Shown here in pieces: positions 8,658 to 17,845 of a stretch of 32,000 bases of DNA. A program made the position numbers and the translations under genes. The DNA is from Mucisphaera calidilacus (lineage in GTDB: Bacteria; Planctomycetota; Phycisphaerae; Phycisphaerales; Phycisphaeraceae): contig NZ_CP036280.1 in NCBI RefSeq assembly GCF_007748075.1, positions 2,490,001 through 2,522,000 on the forward strand. The letters run 5' to 3'. A model generated the notes under the pieces. The model ran no database searches and had not been told where the DNA came from. It worked only from the letters and a program-made list of their open reading frames with translations. Every line of letters begins with the position of its first letter. Within the stretch, counting starts at the first letter, position 1.

Positions 8658-9203
8658 TTACATGGGCTTGCGATCGATCGTCGCGTCGTAGACCGCCAGC
8701 AGCTTCTGCTTGTCGAAGATCATCTCCTGACGCGACAGCCCGACGATGTCGTAGAGCTGGGTCAGCTCGATCGCGTCCACCGGGCAGGCCTCTTCGCACA
8801 TGCCGCAGTAGATGCACCGCAGCTCGTCGATCTCGAACTTCGCGGGGTATTTCTCGCGATCGTCCCAGGGGGAAGGCTCGCCGACGATGTGGATGCAGTT
8901 CACCGGGCAGGCCGTCGCGCACATAAAGCAGGCCACGCAGCGCACACGCCCCTGCTCGTCGCGATTCAAACGGTGCACGCCACGGAAGTTATCGACAAAC
9001 AACCCGCCTTCTTCGACCGGCCGATCCTCGCGCCGCTCCTCGGGGTACTGCATCGCGCGGTTGCCCGGCCCGCCGCCGATCGCCTTGGCGAAGTGGCGGA
9101 TCGTCGTGCCCAGCCCCTTGAAGACCTCGGGCAGAAAGAAGCTCTCGCTCGCGTTCATCGGCGGGAGGTCGACGTTGATGATGTCCTGTTCACGAATGGG
9201 CAT
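8658..9203 (-). CDS. nuoI: NADH-quinone oxidoreductase subunit I-like 2x[4Fe-4S] ferredoxin
   Basis: Two CxxCxxCxxxCP motifs (CVACFMCATACPVNCI and CIYCGMCEEACPVDAI) plus NuoI-type context: FKGLGTTIRHF, MQYPEER, FRGVHRLN. No other nuo gene is in the window. Confidence 0.7.
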   Translation of the reverse strand: MPIREQDIINVDLPPMNASESFFLPEVFKGLGTTIRHFAKAIGGGPGNRAMQYPEERREDRPVEEGGLFVDNFRGVHRLNRDEQGRVRCVACFMCATACPVNCIHIVGEPSPWDDREKYPAKFEIDELRCIYCGMCEEACPVDAIELTQLYDIVGLSRQEMIFDKQKLLAVYDATIDRKPM

Positions 9204-9267
9204 CGATGGCTCCGATGGGTGAATGCCTGATTGTTCGCGGGATGCCGGGTCGGGTCAACCCGGGCCG

Positions 9268-10809
9268 CTAGTCGCGCATCCAGAAACGCGGCCAGGCGAG
9301 CGCCAATAGAGCGTAGATCTCCAGACGCCCCAGGGCCATCAGAACGCTCAGCACGATCAGCGACGGATCGGAGAACCAGCCGTAGTTCTGCGTCGGTCCG
9401 ACGGCGTGGAAGCCGGGGCCGACGTTGCAGAGCGTCGAGACCGTCGCCGACGCCGCGGTCAGCAGGTCGCATTGAGGCGACGACTCCGTGATGACCAGCA
9501 CCCCCGTCCCCACGCCCAGCAGGAGGAAGAAGAGAACGGTGTAGATCAGCGTGCCGAGCTTCATGTCGTCGTCGACAATCGTGTTCCCGAGCCGCAGCGG
9601 CCGGACCACCGCCGGGCGATAGGCCCGCTCGATCGCCTCGCCGAGGATCTTGATCGCGATCCAGACGCGGATGACCTTGATCCCCCCCGCCGTCGAGCCC
9701 GCGCAGCCGCCGATGAGGAACATCGAGAAGAGGAACGTCTTCGAGGCGATCGGCCACAGCTCGAAGTCGGCCGTGCAGAAACCCGTGCCCGTCTGCAGCG
9801 CGATGACCTGGAAGGCCGCGTAGCGCAGGCTGTCGCCGAAGGTCGCCTGCACGACGTGCCCCGCCGTCGTGACGATCGCGGTGCCGTACAGCTCGAGCGA
9901 GATCACCGTGGTCGCCGCGAGCTTGAGGATCAGATAGAAGCGCAGCTCCGTGTCGGTCCAGAGGATCGACCAGCGACGCTGGAGCAGCAGGTAGAAGATC
10001 GCGAAGTTCACGCCGGCGAGCAGCATGAAGAGCATCGTCCAGAGGTCGAGCGCGAGGGAGTTGTAGTGGCCGATCGACGCGTCGCGTGTGGAGAGCCCGC
10101 CCGTCGACATGACCGAGAAGGCGTGGCAGATGCTGTCGAACAGCCCCATCGCGCCGGTCGACCAGAAGGCCAGCATCGCCGCGATGGTCAGCCCCAGGTA
10201 GAGCAGCCAGAGCATGCGCGCCGTCTCGCCGATCCTGGGCCGAACCCCCTGCTGCTGGGGGCCGGGTGCCTCGGCGAAGAAGAGCTTGCGCCCGCCCGAG
10301 CCGATGTTGGGCAGGACCGCCACGAACAGCACGACGATGCCCAGACCGCCCAGCCAGTGGGTGATCGAACGCCAGAGCAGCAGCGACGCGGGCAAGGCCT
10401 GGATGTCTCCCAGCACCGTTGCCCCGGTGGTGGTCAGGCCGGACATCGCCTCGAAGTAACTCGCCTCGAAACTGTCGAAGGGGTGCGCCCCCGCCGCGCC
10501 GCCGATCGCCGTCCAGGCGCGGTAGGGGATCGCCGCCAGCCCCGCGCCGAAGACCCACGTCAGGGCCGTCAGCAGCATCGCGTCGCGGCGCGTGAACGTC
10601 TCGATCGAGAGCCCCCTGCCAAACGTGTAACCGACGGCACCGATCGTGATGCCCACCGCCATCGCGATGCACAGCGCGTAGAGGGCCGGCCGGCTCTGCG
10701 TCGCCTCACCCAGGATCGGGAAGACCTCCAGCGCCAGCGGGAAGACCATGCTGGCGCTGAGGATCATCAGCACGAGACCGAGTTGCCGAACGACGGCGAG
10801 GAAGTTCAT
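9268..10809 (-). CDS. trkH: Trk-type potassium uptake protein TrkH
   Basis: 513-aa polytopic membrane ORF with repeated pore-loop-like segments (MSGLTTTGATV, VMSTGGLSTRD, LQTGTGFCT, GCAGSTAGGIK). It begins 19 nt downstream of trkA. Confidence 0.85.
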   Translation of the reverse strand: MNFLAVVRQLGLVLMILSASMVFPLALEVFPILGEATQSRPALYALCIAMAVGITIGAVGYTFGRGLSIETFTRRDAMLLTALTWVFGAGLAAIPYRAWTAIGGAAGAHPFDSFEASYFEAMSGLTTTGATVLGDIQALPASLLLWRSITHWLGGLGIVVLFVAVLPNIGSGGRKLFFAEAPGPQQQGVRPRIGETARMLWLLYLGLTIAAMLAFWSTGAMGLFDSICHAFSVMSTGGLSTRDASIGHYNSLALDLWTMLFMLLAGVNFAIFYLLLQRRWSILWTDTELRFYLILKLAATTVISLELYGTAIVTTAGHVVQATFGDSLRYAAFQVIALQTGTGFCTADFELWPIASKTFLFSMFLIGGCAGSTAGGIKVIRVWIAIKILGEAIERAYRPAVVRPLRLGNTIVDDDMKLGTLIYTVLFFLLLGVGTGVLVITESSPQCDLLTAASATVSTLCNVGPGFHAVGPTQNYGWFSDPSLIVLSVLMALGRLEIYALLALAWPRFWMRD

Positions 10810-10828
10810 GACGCGACACGGCCCTCAC

Positions 10829-12169
10829 TCAGACCTGAAAGAGTTTGCGGATCTCACGCTCGTGCTCATCGGGTGTCACCAGCACCGCGGTGTCCCCGCC
10901 CTCGAGCACGTCCTGCGCGCCGGGCACGAAGACGTGGTCGCCACGCTGGACCGCGACGATCAGCGAGCTGGGCGGGAGGGTCAGCTCGCTCAGCGGACGG
11001 CCGATCACCTCGGTCGCGCGGTTCACGATCTGGATTTCGAACACCGACGCTGCGTCGCCGGCCAGCTGGGCGATCGGGCGCATGGGCGTCGTGTCGATCA
11101 GGCGCAGCAGCTCGTCCACGGCGTTGGCCCGTGGCGAGAAGGCGCGGTCGATGCCGACGTGACGCAGCAGGTGCAGGTAGGTCGCGCGCTGCTGCACGGC
11201 GATCGCCGTCTTCGCTCCAAGCGACTTGGCCTGCGCCGCTGCGAGGATGTTGTTCTCGTCGTCGTCGGTCAGCGCCACGAACGCGTCGGCGAGGTCGACA
11301 CGCTCCTCGGTCAGCGCCTCCGAGCGGATCGGGTCGTCGTTGAGCACGGTGATCCAGTCGAGTTTCTCGGCGAGCTCCTCCGCACGCTCTCGGTCCGGCT
11401 CGAACAGCCGCACCGAAAAACGCCGGTTGCGCAGTTCACGGCAGACCCAGACCGCCTGCGACGAGCCGCCCATGATGATGATGCTCCGACGCTGACCCGC
11501 CGAGGTGTCGAACAGCTTGCGTGTCGGGGTCATCCCGCCCGTCTCGCCGATGATCGTCACCACGTCACCCGCCAGGATCGTGCTGTCCCCCGTGGGCACG
11601 AACGCCTTGCCCTCGCGTTCGATGCTCACCAGCCGTGCCGCGCCGGGCAGCTTGAGCTCGCGCAGCATCGTCCCCGCGGCGCGGGCGTCCTCGCGGACGC
11701 CAAGGCTCTGCATCTCGATCTCGCCGTGCGCAAAACGCTCCACCGCCATCGCCCCCGGCGCGCGCACGACCGAGGCAATCGCCTGAGCCGTCGCGTGCTC
11801 GGGACAGACCAGGTGATCGATGCCCAGGTGCCGGCTGTAATCGAGCCCGCGCTTCTCGAAATAGACCGAGTGGTGGACGCGGGCGATCGTCTTCCTGGCC
11901 CCCACCGCCTTGGCGATCGACGCCGCCAGCAGGTTGATCTCGTCGATGTTCGTCGCGGCGATGAACAGGTCCGCCGTCGCCACGCCGGCCTGCGCCTGCA
12001 CGTCCGCCTGCGTGCCCGTGCCCACCATCATGCGCGTGTCGAGCCGGTCCTCGAGCTCGTCGAGGACCTCCGCCGACTTGTCAATCAGGGTGACGTTGTG
12101 CTTACGGCCGGTCAGGACCTCGGCGGCGTACCGCCCGACCTCGCCTGCGCCGCAGATCACGATGTTCAT
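10829..12169 (-). CDS. trkA: Trk system potassium uptake protein TrkA (two RCK/NAD-binding domains)
   Basis: 446 aa. There is an N-terminal Rossmann motif MNIVICGAGEVGRYAAE and a second one IIIMGGSSQAVWVCREL near residue 229, giving the typical tandem RCK_N/RCK_C architecture. Confidence 0.85.
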   Translation of the reverse strand: MNIVICGAGEVGRYAAEVLTGRKHNVTLIDKSAEVLDELEDRLDTRMMVGTGTQADVQAQAGVATADLFIAATNIDEINLLAASIAKAVGARKTIARVHHSVYFEKRGLDYSRHLGIDHLVCPEHATAQAIASVVRAPGAMAVERFAHGEIEMQSLGVREDARAAGTMLRELKLPGAARLVSIEREGKAFVPTGDSTILAGDVVTIIGETGGMTPTRKLFDTSAGQRRSIIIMGGSSQAVWVCRELRNRRFSVRLFEPDRERAEELAEKLDWITVLNDDPIRSEALTEERVDLADAFVALTDDDENNILAAAQAKSLGAKTAIAVQQRATYLHLLRHVGIDRAFSPRANAVDELLRLIDTTPMRPIAQLAGDAASVFEIQIVNRATEVIGRPLSELTLPPSSLIVAVQRGDHVFVPGAQDVLEGGDTAVLVTPDEHEREIRKLFQV

Positions 12170-12319
12170 GCACGCGTGCTCCGTTGTGCGGTCAGACCGC
12201 CCTTCACGATCAGCACGAGTGTAACGCCCACCACCACACCACGCCGCTGGCGGGCCGCTGCGCCGACCTGCGAGCCGCCACGATCTGCCTTAACCTAGCC
12301 CCCTACAAAGGAGTTCAAC

Positions 12320-13357
12320 GTGCAGATTGTCATCGTCAAGGAATTCGGCGGCATCGACCGGCTCGAGGTCGAACAGCAACCCACACCCACACCCGGCCCC
12401 GGACAGGTCCTCGTCCGACTCACCTCCATCGGCATGAACCACGCCGAGCTCATGGGGCGTCGCGGCGAGTACAAGATCTCCACCGGCGAGCCCCCCTTCA
12501 CCCCCGGACTCGAGGGCGGAGGCGTCATCGAGTCGGTGGGCGACAGCGTTCACAATCTCACCGCAGGCCAACGCGTTGTGATCGGCCCCAGCGCCCCCCG
12601 GCCCGGAGGCGACGGCTTCGGCGGGACCTACCGCAGCCACTACCTCGTCGACGCCCAACTGGTTTATCCCGCGCCCGACGCCATCCCTGACGACCAGCTC
12701 GGCACCCTCTGGCTGCCCTACCTCACCGCGTGGGGGTGCCTGATCTGGCAGCAGAACATCCAGCCGGGCCAGACGGTCGCTCTGCCCGCCGCTTCCAGCT
12801 CCGTGGCGCTCGCCGCCGCCCAGATCGCCCGCGCCGCCGGCGCAATCCCCTACGGCCTCACGCGCTCGCCCGCCAAGGCCGAACGCATCCGCGCCCTCGA
12901 TACCGCCGTCTTCGAAGACCTCATCATCACCCACGAAGACGACGGCACCATGCGCAAGTGGCACCGCGACTTCAAGCAGATCACCGACGGCAGAGGGATC
13001 GACGTCTTCTTCGACCCCGTCGCGTCGGGCGACTACCTCGACACCGAGATCCGCGCCCTCGCCAATGACGGCTGCGTCTGGGTTTACGGCCTGCTCGGGC
13101 CCAAGGGACCCGTCGACGTCACCCCGCTCATCCGCAAACGCGCCGCCATCCGCGGCTGGGGCATGTCCACCCTCGTCGCCGCCGGACCGGCCGAGGTCCA
13201 GGCAGGCTGCGACGCCGTCCTGCGGGGTTTTGAATCCGGCGCCTACCGTCAAGAGGTCGGCGGGAAGTTCCCGCTCAGCGACGTCCGCCACGCACACACC
13301 ACCATGGAACGCGGAGAACACCTCGGGAAGCTCGTGCTCGTTCCCGACGGCGAATAG
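12320..13357 (+). CDS. NADPH:quinone oxidoreductase / zinc-independent MDR-family alcohol dehydrogenase-like protein
   Basis: GTG start at 12320 with AAGGAG 6 nt upstream. The N-terminus (GPGQVLVRLTSIGMNHAELMGRRGEY...FTPGLEGGGVIESVGDSV) follows the classic QOR pattern. C-ending codons. Confidence 0.75.
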   Translation: MQIVIVKEFGGIDRLEVEQQPTPTPGPGQVLVRLTSIGMNHAELMGRRGEYKISTGEPPFTPGLEGGGVIESVGDSVHNLTAGQRVVIGPSAPRPGGDGFGGTYRSHYLVDAQLVYPAPDAIPDDQLGTLWLPYLTAWGCLIWQQNIQPGQTVALPAASSSVALAAAQIARAAGAIPYGLTRSPAKAERIRALDTAVFEDLIITHEDDGTMRKWHRDFKQITDGRGIDVFFDPVASGDYLDTEIRALANDGCVWVYGLLGPKGPVDVTPLIRKRAAIRGWGMSTLVAAGPAEVQAGCDAVLRGFESGAYRQEVGGKFPLSDVRHAHTTMERGEHLGKLVLVPDGE

Positions 13358-13369
13358 AGAGGTCAACCC

Positions 13370-14590
13370 ATGACAGCCACCGCCACGCAGATGGCCTACC
13401 GGCGATTCGGACGCACCGAGATCCAGATGCCCGTCTTCTCGACCGGCGGCATGCGCTACCAGCACGGCTGGAAAGACGTCCCGCTCGCCGAGATCCCCGA
13501 CGACGTCCAGGAAAACCTCAACAACACCGTCCGACGCGGATGGGAACTCGGGATCAACCACATCGAGACCGCACGCGGCTACGGGCCCAGCGAGCGGCAG
13601 CTCGGCGTCATCCTCCCCGAGTTCGACCGCGACAAGCTCATCCTCCAGACCAAGATCGGGCCCACCGACGACGCCGACGAATTCCTGTCGCACTTCGACG
13701 AATCGCTCGAACGCCTTGGCGTCGACTACGTCGACCTCTTCTCGCTCCACGGCATCAACGACAGCAGAGACCTGCTCAAGGCACTCAAGCCGGGCGGCTG
13801 CCTGCAGGCCGCCCGCAAGCTCCAGAGCGAGGGCAAGGTCCGCCACGTCGGCTTCTCGACCCACGGCTACCGCGACGTCATCCTCCGCGCCATTGACACC
13901 GACCTCTACGGCGGCTTCGACTACGTCAACGTTCACTGGTACTACATCTTCCAGCGCAACTGGCCGGTCATCGAGGCCGCACGCGCCAAGGACATGGGCG
14001 TCTTCATCATCAGCCCCACCGACAAGGGCGGCCAGCTCTACGCGCCGCCGGACAAGCTCCGCGAGCTCTGCGAGCCCCTCGACCCCATGGTCTTCAACGA
14101 CCTGTTCTGCCTCGCACGCACGCAGGTGCACACCCTCAGCCTCGGCGCTGCACGCCCGAGCGATTACGACGCCCACATGGAGGCCGTCGGCCTGCTCGAC
14201 CGCGCCGATGAACTCGTCACGCCGATCGTCCGCCGGCTCGAAAACGCCATGCACGAGGCCATCGGAGCCACCAGCCCCGAGGCGTGGTCCGAGATGGTCC
14301 CCGATGACCGACTCGGACCCAGCGGCCTGAACCTCCAGACCATCCTCTGGCTGCGCAACCTCGCCGTCGGCTGGGACCTCGTAAACTACGGCAAGATGCG
14401 GTTCAACCTCTTCGGCGGAGGCGGCTCCTGGTTCGCCGGCCTCCGGCCCGCCGAGGCCCTGCCCACCGCACGCGACGAGGAGCTTGTCGCGGCCAGTTCC
14501 GGACCGATCGCGGGCCGCGTGCCCGATCTGGCCCGGGAAGCCCTCGAGATGCTCGGCGGCGAGGCCGTCAAACGCCTCAGCGAATCGTGA
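13370..14590 (+). CDS. aldo/keto reductase family oxidoreductase
   Basis: ATG at 13370 with GAGAGG 7 nt upstream, 12 nt after the QOR stop. AKR-like motifs are present: YRRFGRTEIQMPVFSTGGM, INHIETARGYGPSE, VDLFSLHGIN, VRHVGFSTHG. Confidence 0.7.
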   Translation: MTATATQMAYRRFGRTEIQMPVFSTGGMRYQHGWKDVPLAEIPDDVQENLNNTVRRGWELGINHIETARGYGPSERQLGVILPEFDRDKLILQTKIGPTDDADEFLSHFDESLERLGVDYVDLFSLHGINDSRDLLKALKPGGCLQAARKLQSEGKVRHVGFSTHGYRDVILRAIDTDLYGGFDYVNVHWYYIFQRNWPVIEAARAKDMGVFIISPTDKGGQLYAPPDKLRELCEPLDPMVFNDLFCLARTQVHTLSLGAARPSDYDAHMEAVGLLDRADELVTPIVRRLENAMHEAIGATSPEAWSEMVPDDRLGPSGLNLQTILWLRNLAVGWDLVNYGKMRFNLFGGGGSWFAGLRPAEALPTARDEELVAASSGPIAGRVPDLAREALEMLGGEAVKRLSES

Positions 14591-14680
14591 TCGCCCCGAC
14601 ACGCCGCTTGGCCCCCAGCCGCACGCGGGCTATTCTCGTGGGCTGACCCGTCGGGATGATCCGTCGGCAGGAGTTTCGTT

Positions 14681-15793
14681 TTGCCCGTACCTCTGATTGA
14701 CCTCGGGCGGCAGCACGAGCCGCTCATGAACGAGATCCGCGACGCCTTCGAGCGGATCGTCAAGAACAGCGCCTTTATCCTCGGCGAAGAAGTCGAACGC
14801 TTCGAGCAGGCCCTCGCCCGGTACGCCGGCACCAAGTACGCCATCGGCGTCACCTCCGGCACCGACGCCCTGCTCATGGCCCTGATGGCACTGGACATCG
14901 GCCCGGGCGACGAGGTCATCACCTCGCCCTTCACCTTCTTCGCGACCGCCGGGTCCATCTCACGCGTCGGTGCCAAGCCCGTCTTCATCGACATCAACCC
15001 CCGCACCTACAACCTCCAGTGGGAGATGATCGAGGGGGCCATCACCGAGAAGACCAAGGCCATCATGCCCGTCCACCTCTTCGGCCTCTCCGCCCAGATG
15101 GACAAGATCACGGAGATCGCCGAGAAGCACGGGCTCAAGGTCATCGAGGACGCGGCCCAGGCACTCGGCGCACGCTTCGGCGACAAGATGGTCGGCTCCA
15201 TGGGCGACGTCGGCTGCTACAGCTTCTACCCCACCAAGAACCTCGCCGCCATGGGCGACGCCGGGGCCCTCGTCACCAACGACGGCGAACTCGCCTGCCG
15301 CCTGCGATGCATCCGCGTCCACGGCATGGACCGCGCCGACCACTTCCCCGAGGTCGGCGGCAACTTCCGACTCGACGCCTTCAAGGCGGCCGTCCTCGCG
15401 CTCAAGCTGCCCCACCTCGACACCTACTGCACGCAGCGTCGCGCCCACGCCGACCGCTACGGCCAGCAGCTCGAGGCCCTGCCCATCGGCACGCCCTTCG
15501 AGGCCGAGACCCGGTACCACGTCTACAACCAGTACACCGTGCGCGTCCACGGCGGGGCACGCGAGCCCCTCGGACACCACCTCAGCGCCTGCGGCATCGG
15601 CAACCGCGTCTACTACAGCATCCCGCTGCACCTCCAGCCCTGCTACCAGCACCTCGGGCAGGGCAGGGGCAGCCTCCCCAACGCCGAGGAGGCCGCCGAC
15701 GAGGTGCTCAGCATCCCCGTCTTCCCCGAGATGACCCACGACGAGCAGGAAAAAGTGATCGCCGCTATCCGGGAGTTCGGACAGGCCGAGTAA
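14681..15793 (+). CDS. DegT/DnrJ/EryC1/StrS family PLP-dependent sugar aminotransferase
   Basis: TTG start at 14681 is supported by AGGAG (14669-14673) 7 nt upstream. Motifs: GVTSGTDALLMAL, and YSFYPTKNLAAMGDAGALVTND containing the PLP lysine. Confidence 0.8.
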   Translation: MPVPLIDLGRQHEPLMNEIRDAFERIVKNSAFILGEEVERFEQALARYAGTKYAIGVTSGTDALLMALMALDIGPGDEVITSPFTFFATAGSISRVGAKPVFIDINPRTYNLQWEMIEGAITEKTKAIMPVHLFGLSAQMDKITEIAEKHGLKVIEDAAQALGARFGDKMVGSMGDVGCYSFYPTKNLAAMGDAGALVTNDGELACRLRCIRVHGMDRADHFPEVGGNFRLDAFKAAVLALKLPHLDTYCTQRRAHADRYGQQLEALPIGTPFEAETRYHVYNQYTVRVHGGAREPLGHHLSACGIGNRVYYSIPLHLQPCYQHLGQGRGSLPNAEEAADEVLSIPVFPEMTHDEQEKVIAAIREFGQAE

Positions 15794-15809
15794 CCCGACA
15801 GGAGCGCGG

Positions 15810-16763
15810 ATGAGCCAGGCCGGATCATCAATGACCGCTGCAACGGACGTGGCCCAGCCGCCACGCCCCTGGGAACGCCCGCCCACCGAGGTCGTCGGCG
15901 TCACCTGCACCGCCGGCGGACAACGCATCCGACGCGAGGGCGGCCAGCCCCTCATCCAGCTCAGGAATGTCTCGAAGAGCTTCGGCGCGCTCAACGTCCT
16001 CCGCGACCTCAGCATCGAGATCTACGAGGGGCAGTCCACCGTCATCATCGGGCCCTCCGGCACGGGCAAGAGCGTCCTGCTCAAGCACATCGTCGGGCTG
16101 CTCCAGCCCGACACCGGCGAGGTCTGGTTCGGCGGCCAACGCGTCGACACCATGGCGCCCGAGGACCTCGTCGAGATCCGTAAACGCATCGGCTTCCTCT
16201 TCCAGATGTCCGCGCTCTTCGACTCCCTGACCGTCGGCGAGAACGTCGCCTTCCCCCTCGTCGAGCACACCACACTCACGCGGCCCGATCGCGAGGAACG
16301 CGTCGACCGCGTCCTGCGCATGGTCGGGCTCTCCGGACTCCAGGCCAAGATGCCCGCTCAGCTCTCGGGCGGCCAGAAAAAGCGCGTCTCCCTCGCCCGA
16401 TCCATCGTGCTCGGGCCCGAGGCCGTCATGTACGACGAGCCCACCACCGGACTCGACCCCATCCGGTCCGACCTCATCAACGAACTGATCGTCGGGCTCT
16501 CCACACGCCTGGGCATCACCTCCGTCATCGTCACCCACGACATGGTCAGCGCCTGCAAGATCGCCGACCGCATGGTCCTCATCTACGACGGCAAGATCGT
16601 CCACGACGGCACCCCCGAGTCCTTCTGGAAAACCGACGACGAACTCGTCCGCCGCTTCGTCCACGGGCAGGCCGAGGCCAGCGACCTCGAACTGATCAGC
16701 AAGGGACTCGACGACGGCGAGCAGGACCGGTCCGCCTCCAAGGACGCCAGCAGCGGCATCTGA
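15810..16763 (+). CDS. mlaF: MlaF-like ABC transporter ATP-binding protein with a ~50-aa N-terminal extension
   Basis: ATG 15810 with AGGAG 5 nt upstream. Walker A GPSGTGKS, signature LSGGQKKRVSLAR, Walker B VMYDEPTTGLD. No alternative start codon lies between residue 8 and the ATPase core. Confidence 0.7.
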   Translation: MSQAGSSMTAATDVAQPPRPWERPPTEVVGVTCTAGGQRIRREGGQPLIQLRNVSKSFGALNVLRDLSIEIYEGQSTVIIGPSGTGKSVLLKHIVGLLQPDTGEVWFGGQRVDTMAPEDLVEIRKRIGFLFQMSALFDSLTVGENVAFPLVEHTTLTRPDREERVDRVLRMVGLSGLQAKMPAQLSGGQKKRVSLARSIVLGPEAVMYDEPTTGLDPIRSDLINELIVGLSTRLGITSVIVTHDMVSACKIADRMVLIYDGKIVHDGTPESFWKTDDELVRRFVHGQAEASDLELISKGLDDGEQDRSASKDASSGI

Positions 16764-16780
16764 ACCCCAGGAGACCCACC

Positions 16781-17803
16781 ATGGCCGAAGAGGCTTCACA
16801 ACGAAACATCGCCGTCGGACTCACCGCCGCGGCCGGCATCGGCGGCCTCGTCGCCCTGCTCATGCTCTTCGGGTACATCCCCGCGTTCCTCGACACCGGC
16901 TACGCCTACCAGATCCAGCTCAAGGATTCCGGCGGTCTCTACGCCGACAGCCGCGTGACCTACTACGGCATCGACATCGGCAAGGTCACCAGCGTCGAGA
17001 TCCGGGGCGACACCGGCGCGGGCGTCATCGCCGAGATCCTCATCGACCGCCGACTCACCACCACCGCCGTCGCCGAGGTCCGCGCCACCTCGCTGCTCGG
17101 CGGGGGGGCCGTCATCGCCTTCACCGACACCCGCGACGCCAACGCGCCCGCCACCTACCTCAAGGACGACGGCACCGCCGTCATCACCGGACGCATCGCC
17201 AGCCCCGTCGACGGTCTCACCGACACCCTCAGCGAGGCCATGGACACCTTCGACCGTGTCAGCCACCGACTCGACACGCTCATGGTCACCTGGAACAAGG
17301 TCGGCGAGAACATCGAGAACCTCACCGCCCAACGCGACCCCGCCGACGTCGACGCGGGCGACGCCACCAGCAACATCGCCTCCGTCCTCGCACGCACCGA
17401 ATCCAGCCTCGTCGAAGCCGCCGCCACCATGGCCGCCGTCCGCGAACTGCTCGAGGACGAACAGCTGTTGGAAGACATCCGCGCCACCGCCAGCAACACA
17501 CGCAGCCTCACCGACCGCGCACAGACCACCCTCGTCACCCTCGAAGAGCAGGTCACCACCACCGTGGACGACCTCCGCAAACGCGTCATCGCCGTCGCCG
17601 ACGACCTCGCCCAGACCATGGCCGCCGCCAACGTCGTCCTCAGCAAGGTCAACGAGGGCACCGGCACCCTCGGCAAGATGGTCAACGACCCCGCCGTCTA
17701 CGACAACCTCAACGACGCCGCCGAACGCCTCAAGGCCGTCCTCCTCGAAGTCCGCCTCCTCGTCGAGAAGATGGAATCCGAGGGGCTCTGGTCCTCACTC
17801 TAA
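16781..17803 (+). CDS. mlaD: MlaD/MCE family protein with a long helical C-terminal region
   Basis: ATG 16781 with AGGAG 7 nt upstream. An N-terminal TM (VGLTAAAGIGGLVALLMLFGYI) is followed by an MCE-like domain (VTYYGIDIGKVTSVEI). About 180 aa of Ala/Leu/Thr-rich helical sequence complete the protein. Confidence 0.65.
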   Translation: MAEEASQRNIAVGLTAAAGIGGLVALLMLFGYIPAFLDTGYAYQIQLKDSGGLYADSRVTYYGIDIGKVTSVEIRGDTGAGVIAEILIDRRLTTTAVAEVRATSLLGGGAVIAFTDTRDANAPATYLKDDGTAVITGRIASPVDGLTDTLSEAMDTFDRVSHRLDTLMVTWNKVGENIENLTAQRDPADVDAGDATSNIASVLARTESSLVEAAATMAAVRELLEDEQLLEDIRATASNTRSLTDRAQTTLVTLEEQVTTTVDDLRKRVIAVADDLAQTMAAANVVLSKVNEGTGTLGKMVNDPAVYDNLNDAAERLKAVLLEVRLLVEKMESEGLWSSL

Positions 17804-17845
17804 AGCCACACCACGCCCCGCCTCATACCCCGTAGAATCCGGGCC

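Noticed and set aside
9155-11343. 505-aa (-) and 645-aa (+) alternative-frame or antisense ORFs over trkH/trkA, and similar ones at 10748..12298, 7386..8564, 14960..16015, 15828..16799, 17795..19015, 18028..19263, 23678..24658, 25169..26314, 27174..28469, 28111..30096 and 30688..31965
   Set aside because: All have Arg/Pro/Gly/Ala-dominated compositions typical of off-frame translation of high-GC genes. Each overlaps a gene with strong motifs in another frame.
12290-14602. 770-aa ORF on the - strand spanning both the quinone oxidoreductase and the aldo/keto reductase genes
   Set aside because: Shadow ORF. It is antisense to two well-motifed + strand genes and even crosses their intergenic spacer. 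The product is Gly/Ala/Val/Asp/Glu-rich low complexity. With near-100% G/C at sense third positions, stop codons are rare in antisense frames.
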